Position numbers and translations under genes: made by a program
In this document: positions 57,171 through 64,000 of the stretch, in pieces
Layout: the number at the start of each line of letters is the position of its first letter
Numbering within the stretch: the stretch's first letter is position 1
Virus record (IMG/VR): IMGVR_UViG_3300030330_001255
Length of the DNA stretch: 64,000 bases
Direction: 5' to 3' (one strand)
DNA from: an uncultured virus (IMG/VR IMGVR_UViG_3300030330_001255)
Taxonomy: Duplodnaviria > Heunggongvirae > Uroviricota > Caudoviricetes
Notes under the pieces: generated by a model
The model's input: the letters and a program-made list of their open reading frames with translations, nothing else
The model's database searches: none
Told to the model about the DNA's origin: nothing

Positions 57171-57788
57171 ATGGCAAACAAAAACAGTCAAGGGTTTGGT
57201 CTAAAGGCGGCAATGAGAGTAGGTAATACACCTGCTATTCAAGGTCAGTCTAAATACCAAATAGATGCTGGTCATGGTGCTAATATATTTCAAGGTGAAC
57301 CTGTAAAAGTAAACATCCATGCTTCAACTGGTGGTTATATAACTACCGCTGCTGCTGGAACTGCTATGGTTGGTGTGTTAAATGGTGTGACATTCACAGA
57401 TGCAACATCTAAAAAACCAACTTTTAGTAACTTCTTTCCAACAGGAACAACACCTGCGAATAGTGAAGACGTGACAGCATTCGTCAATGATGACCCTTTT
57501 CAAGAATACATCATTGCAACGGACGCTACGTTAGGTGGTTCAGTTGCTGCAAGACAAGCCAAAGTTGGGCAAACTTATGCAACAACAGCCGCTGCAGGTA
57601 GTACATCAACAGGATTATCATCTGTTCGACTAGGAATCTCAACAGCAGCAACAACTGCTAAACAATTGAGAGTAGTTAGAATAGCTGAAGATCCAGAAAA
57701 CGAAGATCAAACAGCTGCAAATTGTTCAGTTATCGTAAAAGTTAACTTACATCAGTATCTAGTTGGATCTTTGGCAACAGGTATATAA
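57171..57788 (+). CDS. Capsid decoration / minor capsid protein (putative)
   Basis: A/T/G-rich; directly before MCP. Confidence 0.6.
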   Translation: MANKNSQGFGLKAAMRVGNTPAIQGQSKYQIDAGHGANIFQGEPVKVNIHASTGGYITTAAAGTAMVGVLNGVTFTDATSKKPTFSNFFPTGTTPANSEDVTAFVNDDPFQEYIIATDATLGGSVAARQAKVGQTYATTAAAGSTSTGLSSVRLGISTAATTAKQLRVVRIAEDPENEDQTAANCSVIVKVNLHQYLVGSLATGI

Positions 57789-57800
57789 GGAGAATAAATT

Positions 57801-58706
57801 ATGGCTATATCACGATCACAGCTAGTTAAAGAACTAGAGCCAGGTTTAAATGCTTTATTCGGCCTGGAATACAAAAGATACGAGAATCAACACGCTGATA
57901 TTTACGACATTGAAAATTCAGACAGAGCGTTCGAAGAAGAAGTAATGCTTTCTGGATTTGCTAATGCGCAAGTCAAAGCAGAAGGTCAAGGTGTATCATT
58001 CGATGATGCTCAAGAGACTTTCACTTCTCGTTATAACCACGAAACCATAGCACTTGGATTCGCAATCACTGAAGAAGCGATTGAGGATAACTTGTATGAC
58101 AGACTTGCGTCTAGATATACAAAGGCTTTAGCAAGATCTATGGCAAACACTAAGCAGGTAAAAGCTGCCGCTGTGTTGAACAACGCATTTAATGCTGCAA
58201 ACGCAGGTGGAGATGGTAAGGAGTTATGCGCTACTGATCACCCAACTGTTGCAGGTACATTTTCAAATGAGTTGGCAACTTCAGCAGATCTTAATGAAAC
58301 ATCATTGGAACAGGCGTTAATTGATATTAATGCAATGACCGATGAAAGAGGAATGAAGATCGCGGCTAGAGGAGTGAAAATGATCATTCCAAGTGAACTT
58401 CAGTTTACTGCAGAAAGACTTATGAAGTCTGCAAATAGAACTGGAACTGCTGACAATGATATCAATGCAATTGGTTCAATGGGTATGATCCCACAAGGTT
58501 ATGTTATTAATAACTTTTTAACTGACCCAGATGCGTTTTTCATTAAAACAGACATACCAAATGGTATGAAAATGTTTGTCAGAGCACCAATCAAAACTGC
58601 GATGGAAGGTGATTTCGACACTGGTAATGTTAGATACAAAGCTAGAGAGAGATATTCTTTTGGATTCTCAGACCCTAGAGGTATTTTTGGCTCACCAGGT
58701 GCGTAA
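57801..58706 (+). CDS. Major capsid protein
   Basis: MAISRSQLVKELEPGLNALFG, ITEEAIEDNLY; strong RBS and downstream terminator. Confidence 0.9.
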   Translation: MAISRSQLVKELEPGLNALFGLEYKRYENQHADIYDIENSDRAFEEEVMLSGFANAQVKAEGQGVSFDDAQETFTSRYNHETIALGFAITEEAIEDNLYDRLASRYTKALARSMANTKQVKAAAVLNNAFNAANAGGDGKELCATDHPTVAGTFSNELATSADLNETSLEQALIDINAMTDERGMKIAARGVKMIIPSELQFTAERLMKSANRTGTADNDINAIGSMGMIPQGYVINNFLTDPDAFFIKTDIPNGMKMFVRAPIKTAMEGDFDTGNVRYKARERYSFGFSDPRGIFGSPGA

Positions 58707-58725
58707 TATCTGATAACCATATATT

Positions 58726-58755
58726 TAGGGGGCGAGCAATCGCCCCCTTTTTTTG
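58726..58755 (+). terminator. Intrinsic terminator after MCP (copy 2)
   Basis: GGGGGCGA-GCAA-TCGCCCCC followed by a T-run. Confidence 0.9.
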
Positions 58756-58765
58756 TCTTAAAATT

Positions 58766-59038
58766 ATGGAAAAAAAGTTTAAAGTCAAAATATTTGCCTA
58801 CGGCTATTTTATGCAATTTAATGTATTTTGCAGAGATTCAGCAATTAGTATAGAAAATGCTATTATTGACAAAATCCGAAAAAATGATATAAAAATTGAG
58901 TATAACACATTTTACGATAATAAATCGTTACGTGTAACATACGAGGAGGTATATCATGGTGGCAATGCTTCAAACGAAGATAGACAACCTTTACCAAAAA
59001 AAGAAATCTCTAGATCAGAAATGGGACGAAGAACATAA
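58766..59038 (+). CDS. Homolog of 369-638
   Basis: High amino-acid identity. Confidence 0.65.
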   Translation: MEKKFKVKIFAYGYFMQFNVFCRDSAISIENAIIDKIRKNDIKIEYNTFYDNKSLRVTYEEVYHGGNASNEDRQPLPKKEISRSEMGRRT

Positions 59039-59141
59039 TAAAGAAAATAAATACACTTTAAATATGGTCAAAATTGATAGAGAGATTCAAATTTTAATTG
59101 GAAAAATTAAATCTGCAGAAACAGAACTAGCAAAATTTTAG
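58956..59141 (+). CDS. Homolog of 559-741
   Basis: High amino-acid identity. Confidence 0.7.
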   Translation: MVAMLQTKIDNLYQKKKSLDQKWDEEHNKENKYTLNMVKIDREIQILIGKIKSAETELAKF

Positions 59142-59215
59142 TTCTTAACTTTAAAAATTTAATTTTATTCCCAAGGATTTCTTGCGCTTTTCAAAAAATT
59201 TATATATATTTAACT

Positions 59216-59286
59216 TATCATACAACTAACCAGAACATAGACTAGTATGATAGACGACCTAGAGACTATGTTCGTTAATTACTAGG
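59216..59286 (+). ncRNA. Candidate pseudoknotted leader RNA (copy 2)
   Basis: One substitution relative to 816-886. Confidence 0.5.
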
Positions 59287-59296
59287 AGTATATAAA

Positions 59297-59572
59297 ATGG
59301 CAAATACTACATTCAAAGGCCCAGTAACATCGATCAACGGATTTATTGGTGGCCCAAATAAAAATGCAGGTGACACGCAACAAGGTGGAAAAAACACTTA
59401 TTCAATTGGTGCGAACTCAACTGAAGTAACAGATGGTACAAATACATTAACTGCAGCAGGAAACGAAGGCGTTTTAATTTATGTGGATAATGGTGCTGCT
59501 GGTGCAAAAGTATATGCTTTTTCAGATGGAACAAACTGGAAAAGAGTAGATACGCTTGCTAATATTTCATAA
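59297..59572 (+). CDS. Homolog of 898-1176
   Basis: Amino-acid similarity. Confidence 0.7.
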   Translation: MANTTFKGPVTSINGFIGGPNKNAGDTQQGGKNTYSIGANSTEVTDGTNTLTAAGNEGVLIYVDNGAAGAKVYAFSDGTNWKRVDTLANIS

Positions 59573-59620
59573 TTTTTATAGGAGCCTTTCGAGGCTCCTT
59601 AAAATTTAAAGGAGAAAAAA

Positions 59621-59935
59621 ATGGCAGGTGGTGGATCGTTTTCAAGTGATCAAAAGTTTACAACTTTAACAGCAGATGGTAATTTTAAAACTATCACTGG
59701 TGGTGGAACTAATTTAGGCCCTTGTAGAGTTACATACATAACGGCACATGGAGTGGCAAACTCTGTTGTAAAATTACATGATGGAACTTCAAATGCAGGA
59801 TCATTAGAATTTCAAGCTAAATTTAGCACGGAAGGATTAGATGTTTTTGTACCTGGTTCAGGAATTAGATTCAAAGAAGGAGTCTTTTTAGATTTAACTA
59901 ACACAGATTCCGTAACAATAGGATACACAGGATAA
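59621..59935 (+). CDS. Homolog of 1224-1535
   Basis: Amino-acid similarity. Confidence 0.7.
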   Translation: MAGGGSFSSDQKFTTLTADGNFKTITGGGTNLGPCRVTYITAHGVANSVVKLHDGTSNAGSLEFQAKFSTEGLDVFVPGSGIRFKEGVFLDLTNTDSVTIGYTG

Positions 59936-60204
59936 TGAAAAGTGATGTAAAAGCAGTAAGAAAAACATCAACAGGAAATGTTTTTGGTGGAAGAACAAGA
60001 CTTAGAGGAATTATTTTATCTTCTAATGGAGGTGCAGGATCTGTAACTTTACAAGATGGTAATTCAGTAACTCAGTTTCAAGCTGATGTTCCAAACGGAG
60101 ATGTTTTTTCATATAACTTAGCAGAGGATGGAATTGTATTTGAAGGTGGCATGACTATATCGGCTATGTCAAATGCAATTGTTACTGTTATAATAGATAA
60201 ATAG
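59935..60204 (+). CDS. Homolog of 1535-1804
   Basis: Amino-acid similarity. Confidence 0.7.
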   Translation: MKSDVKAVRKTSTGNVFGGRTRLRGIILSSNGGAGSVTLQDGNSVTQFQADVPNGDVFSYNLAEDGIVFEGGMTISAMSNAIVTVIIDK

Positions 60205-60212
60205 GAGGTTAA

Positions 60213-61160
60213 ATGGCAAACACTACCTCTGGTACAAATGTTTTTGAAAAAGGTTTTTCTATTGCTGACATAGTTGAAGAATCCTATGAAAGAATAGGAA
60301 TGCAAGGTGTTTCTGGTTATCAATTAAAAAGTGCCAGACGTTCTTTAAATATCATGTTTCAAGAGTGGGGTAATAGAGGGCTTCACTACTGGGAAGTTAA
60401 TAATACATCACTAACTTTAGCAACAAATCAAAAAGAATATGAAATATTTAGATCTTCATCTGAAGGTGATTCCAATGGTGTTACTACAACCATAACATCA
60501 AACATTGCAAATAATGTTACAACCATACCAGTTGCTTCAGTAAACAATATGCCAACATCTGGTAAAATAAAAATTAATAATGAAATAATTTCATACACAG
60601 GAATATCTTCTTTAAATTTAACAGGTGCAACAAGAGGAGTGGATGGAACTACAGCGCAAGCACATTTAAGTTCAGGCCCAGTAACTAATTTTGTTAATGG
60701 TGCCGATGATATTTTAGAAGCTGTTTATAGAAATGTGTCATCTGGATCAGATGATATAGATGTATCTTTAAATAAAATTTCTAGATCAGAGTATCAAGCG
60801 TTATCTAATAAAAGTTCTACAGGACAACCAACACAATATTATGTTCAAAGATTTATAGATAGAATTAAAATAACTTTATACCTAACACCAGGAACTTCTG
60901 AAAATGGAAAATTTTTAAATTTTTATTATGTAAAAAGAATACAAGATGCAGGTGGTTATACAAACGATGCAGACGTGCCTTATAGATTTGTCCCTTGTAT
61001 GATTGCAGGTTTATCTTACTACCTATCACAAAAATTTGCACCAGAGAGAATACAAAACATGAAATTATTATACGAAGATGAATTAAATAGAGCGCTATCA
61101 GAAGATGGATCTTCTACTAGTTCTTACATAACACCTAAAATTTATTACCCAGGAGCATAA
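60213..61160 (+). CDS. Adaptor-like protein, homolog of 1813-2751
   Basis: Amino-acid similarity. Confidence 0.7.
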   Translation: MANTTSGTNVFEKGFSIADIVEESYERIGMQGVSGYQLKSARRSLNIMFQEWGNRGLHYWEVNNTSLTLATNQKEYEIFRSSSEGDSNGVTTTITSNIANNVTTIPVASVNNMPTSGKIKINNEIISYTGISSLNLTGATRGVDGTTAQAHLSSGPVTNFVNGADDILEAVYRNVSSGSDDIDVSLNKISRSEYQALSNKSSTGQPTQYYVQRFIDRIKITLYLTPGTSENGKFLNFYYVKRIQDAGGYTNDADVPYRFVPCMIAGLSYYLSQKFAPERIQNMKLLYEDELNRALSEDGSSTSSYITPKIYYPGA

Positions 61161-61654
61161 TGGCAAATCAATCATCAGGAAAATACTCAAAAGCCATATC
61201 AGATAGATCAGGTATGGAGTTTCCATATAAAGAAATGGTTAAAGAATGGAACGGTTCCTTTGTGCATATATCTGAGTTTGAAGCTAAACACCCACAATTA
61301 GAAATAAAACCACATGCCTCTGACCCTCAAGGTTTAAGAGATGCTAGACCAGATAGAACAGAAACTGCAGTTCCAAATTTATTACCGTTGAATCCATTTA
61401 AAATAACAAATGGCAGCACAACTATTGTTGTTAGTGAACCAAATCATGGTAGATCTACAGGTAATACAGTTAGATTTAGAAACACAACTAATGTAGGAAA
61501 TGTTACATCTGCAACGATTACTCAAGCTGCAGGGTATACAATTACAAAAGTTAATGATAATACTTATAATTTTACAACTGGAACAACAGCTTCTAGTACG
61601 TTACAAGGAGGAGGTGGACTTGCTTCAGCAGGCCCAGTTAATATTACAGCATAA
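61160..61654 (+). CDS. Homolog of 2751-3245
   Basis: Amino-acid similarity. Confidence 0.7.
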   Translation: MANQSSGKYSKAISDRSGMEFPYKEMVKEWNGSFVHISEFEAKHPQLEIKPHASDPQGLRDARPDRTETAVPNLLPLNPFKITNGSTTIVVSEPNHGRSTGNTVRFRNTTNVGNVTSATITQAAGYTITKVNDNTYNFTTGTTASSTLQGGGGLASAGPVNITA

Positions 61655-62325
61655 TGGCATACACTTTAACAAACCTACAAGATGATATTAGAAATTATAC
61701 AGAAGTTGATAGTTCTGTATTGTCTACTACCATTTTAACTACAATTATTAAAAACGCTGAAAACAGAATTTATAGAGAAGTAGACTCTGATGATAATAGA
61801 TTTTATGCAACATCTAATTTAGCTGTTGGTAATAGATATGTAACAATACCCTCTGATCTAAGAATAATTAGATATGTGCAATTAAAAGATTCAAATAATA
61901 ATCAAGTATTTTTAGAAAAAAGAGATACTAGTTTTATGACAGAATATTATAATACTCCATCTACAGCTGATGGTTTACCTAAATATTATGCTAATTGGGA
62001 TGCTAATTTTTGGGTTGTAGCACCAACTCCTGATCAAACTTATCAGATAACATTGGCTTATGTAAAGCAACCAGAGAGTTTAACAACTAAAACATCTGGA
62101 ACATATGTTTCAAATAAATACCAAGATTTGCTTTTATATGCTGCCCTAGTAGAAGCGTATGGGTACTTGAAAGGCCCCTCAGATATGTTACAATACTACG
62201 AACAGTCTTATCAAAGAGCAATACAATCGTACGCGGTTGAGCAACAAGGCCGTAGACGCCGAGACGAATATAATGATGGTGTTATTCGTACTCCACTTAA
62301 ATCAGAATCACCGTCTAAATATTAA
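61654..62325 (+). CDS. Adaptor / tubular A-like protein, homolog of 3245-3934
   Basis: Amino-acid similarity. Confidence 0.7.
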   Translation: MAYTLTNLQDDIRNYTEVDSSVLSTTILTTIIKNAENRIYREVDSDDNRFYATSNLAVGNRYVTIPSDLRIIRYVQLKDSNNNQVFLEKRDTSFMTEYYNTPSTADGLPKYYANWDANFWVVAPTPDQTYQITLAYVKQPESLTTKTSGTYVSNKYQDLLLYAALVEAYGYLKGPSDMLQYYEQSYQRAIQSYAVEQQGRRRRDEYNDGVIRTPLKSESPSKY

Positions 62326-62336
62326 GGAGATATAAC

Positions 62337-62789
62337 ATGGCAAACATAGTACCTAATTCTTTCAAGTCTGGATTGTTAAAAGGAACTTTTAACTTCGACA
62401 CTTCAGGTAATGGAGGAAATGAGTTTAAGTGTGCCTTATATACAGCTATCACAGGATACAGTATAACTTCTACTACTTTTCAAGCTGGAGTTGGTAATAA
62501 TGAAGTAAACCCTTCAGGAACAGGTTATACTGCTGGTGGACTAGCTCTAACAAATACTGGAGTTGATGGAACAACCGCAACGTCTTTTACAGATTTTGGT
62601 GATTTAACTTTTCCATCAGTTTCATTAACTGCTAGAGGAGCTGCAATATATAAGTCAACTGGTGGCGGAAATGAATTAGTTCTAGTGTTAGACTTTGGTG
62701 GAAATAAAACGGCAACGAATGGTGATTTCGTCATTCAGTTTCCTTCAAATACTACATCAAGTGCTATTATTAGAATTGGCGACGCGTAA
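62337..62789 (+). CDS. Homolog of 3947-4390
   Basis: Amino-acid similarity. Confidence 0.7.
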   Translation: MANIVPNSFKSGLLKGTFNFDTSGNGGNEFKCALYTAITGYSITSTTFQAGVGNNEVNPSGTGYTAGGLALTNTGVDGTTATSFTDFGDLTFPSVSLTARGAAIYKSTGGGNELVLVLDFGGNKTATNGDFVIQFPSNTTSSAIIRIGDA

Positions 62790-62806
62790 TATTAAGGATT
62801 AAATAA

Positions 62807-63262
62807 ATGGCTTTTGTATTAAATGACAGAGTTAAACAGACAAGTACATCTACTGGAACTGCTACTATTAGTTTAACAGGAACAGAAGTTGGTTTCGAAA
62901 CTTTTGTTGCAGGTATTGGTGACACTAATAATACTTTCTATTGTATTTCACATGATGGTACAGCTGATTTTGAAGTCGGTATTGGTACAGTAACTGATTC
63001 AGCTACTGATACACTTTCTAGAGATACCGTTATCTCCTCTTCAAATTCAGATAACAAAGTGAATTTTCAAGCAGGAACTAAAACTGTGTTTTGTACTTAT
63101 CCTGCAAAGAGAGCTCCGTCTGCAGCTATGACAGCCACAACTTACGTAACAACACACTCTTCTACTATTTCTGATGTTCAAACAATGGACTCAGGAGTTT
63201 TAGCGGGCCCTGTAACCGTATCAGGTACAGTAACAGTAACAGGTAATTTAGTAATTATATAA
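62807..63262 (+). CDS. Homolog of 4408-4863
   Basis: Amino-acid similarity. Confidence 0.7.
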   Translation: MAFVLNDRVKQTSTSTGTATISLTGTEVGFETFVAGIGDTNNTFYCISHDGTADFEVGIGTVTDSATDTLSRDTVISSSNSDNKVNFQAGTKTVFCTYPAKRAPSAAMTATTYVTTHSSTISDVQTMDSGVLAGPVTVSGTVTVTGNLVII

Positions 63263-64000
63263 TGAGTACAATAGAAGTAGATAAGATACAGCCACAATCA
63301 GGAACTAATTTACAAATTGGTGAAGCTGGCGATAGTTTAACATTTCAAAATAGTGTTATTCCAAACTCTGCTTTAGCAAACGGTCAAATTACAATTAATG
63401 GTGTATCTGTAAATTTAGGTGGATCAGCTACGATACCAACTGAAACACAACCTGTTATATCTAGTTTTACACCTACAGTTATTGATGCAGACGTTGGTGG
63501 TACTATAACTATTACAGGACAAAATTTTGCATCTATACCAAAAGTAGAATTACAAAGAGCAAACGGTGCATTTCAATCTGCAACATCGGTTACATTTACA
63601 AGTGCAACAACAATAAGTTTTACAACTGGCACAGCTGGTTTAACAAATGGACAAAACGTTAGAATTTTAGTTACAAACCCAGATGGTAATGCAGCTAGAA
63701 GTTCATCAGATTTAACAGTATCTGATGGCCCTGCATTTACAACGACATCGCTTCCTGACGGTTCAGCAGGCACATCTTATTCACAAAATATAGATGTAAC
63801 TGGAGACAGTGCTGTAACTATTTCACAATCAGTTGTATCTGGATCTTTACCGCCAGGAATAACTATTGGAACAACATCAAATCCATCAGGATCAACATAC
63901 AGAGCAGTAATATCAGGGACTTTACCAAGTCCTGCTAGTGAAACAACATATAGTTTTACTGTTAGAGCAACAGACGCTCAAGGACAAACAACTGACCAAG
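63262..64000 (+). CDS. Ig-domain tail fibre protein, truncated by the window end
   Basis: MSTIEVDKIQPQSGTNLQIGEAGD start resembles 4863; body resembles 6554-7345 (GQITING, NPDGNA, FTVRATDA). Confidence 0.7.
   Translation, partial: MSTIEVDKIQPQSGTNLQIGEAGDSLTFQNSVIPNSALANGQITINGVSVNLGGSATIPTETQPVISSFTPTVIDADVGGTITITGQNFASIPKVELQRANGAFQSATSVTFTSATTISFTTGTAGLTNGQNVRILVTNPDGNAARSSSDLTVSDGPAFTTTSLPDGSAGTSYSQNIDVTGDSAVTISQSVVSGSLPPGITIGTTSNPSGSTYRAVISGTLPSPASETTYSFTVRATDAQGQTTDQ

Larger units (their letters stand above)
58397..63330 (+). repeat. Diverged second copy of positions 1 to ~4930
   Basis: Same gene order at an offset of ~58.4 kb, with many synonymous and amino-acid differences. Confidence 0.95.

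Noticed and set aside
1..64000. Prophage, integrase, tRNA or RNR genes
   Set aside because: No host genes, recombinase motifs, cloverleafs or RNR motifs recognised by eye; an HMM and tRNAscan search is needed to confirm absence

Overview
AT-rich tailed-phage sequence (podovirus-like gene set) whose content resembles marine SAR11 phages of the HTVC023P type; host and type are inferred, not shown. It encodes PolA, primase, UvrD and SNF2 helicases, GroES, TerL, portal, MCP and an M15 endolysin. I recognised no RNAP, RNR, integrase or tRNA gene. The window holds one complete circularly permuted unit of about 58.4 kb (MCP 3' end at 1-310, full MCP at 57801-58706). About 5.6 kb of a diverged second copy of the structural module follows, most likely a strain chimera made at the N-gap joins (9841, 36861). 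The most unusual part is the leftward putative early region at 44.5-48.5 kb. It is built of promoter-ORF-terminator cassettes separated by six copies of a GC-rich element. The spacers carry apparent host-protein binding sites: a perfect parS, six NrdR-box-like palindromes (four in tandem at 32-33 bp spacing) and two unassigned motifs. The region also holds a five-hairpin structured-RNA array. I propose this is a host-factor decoy or recruitment platform. Other candidate RNAs are an anti-SD sRNA (38132-38210) and a pseudoknotted leader (816-886, repeated at 59216-59286).
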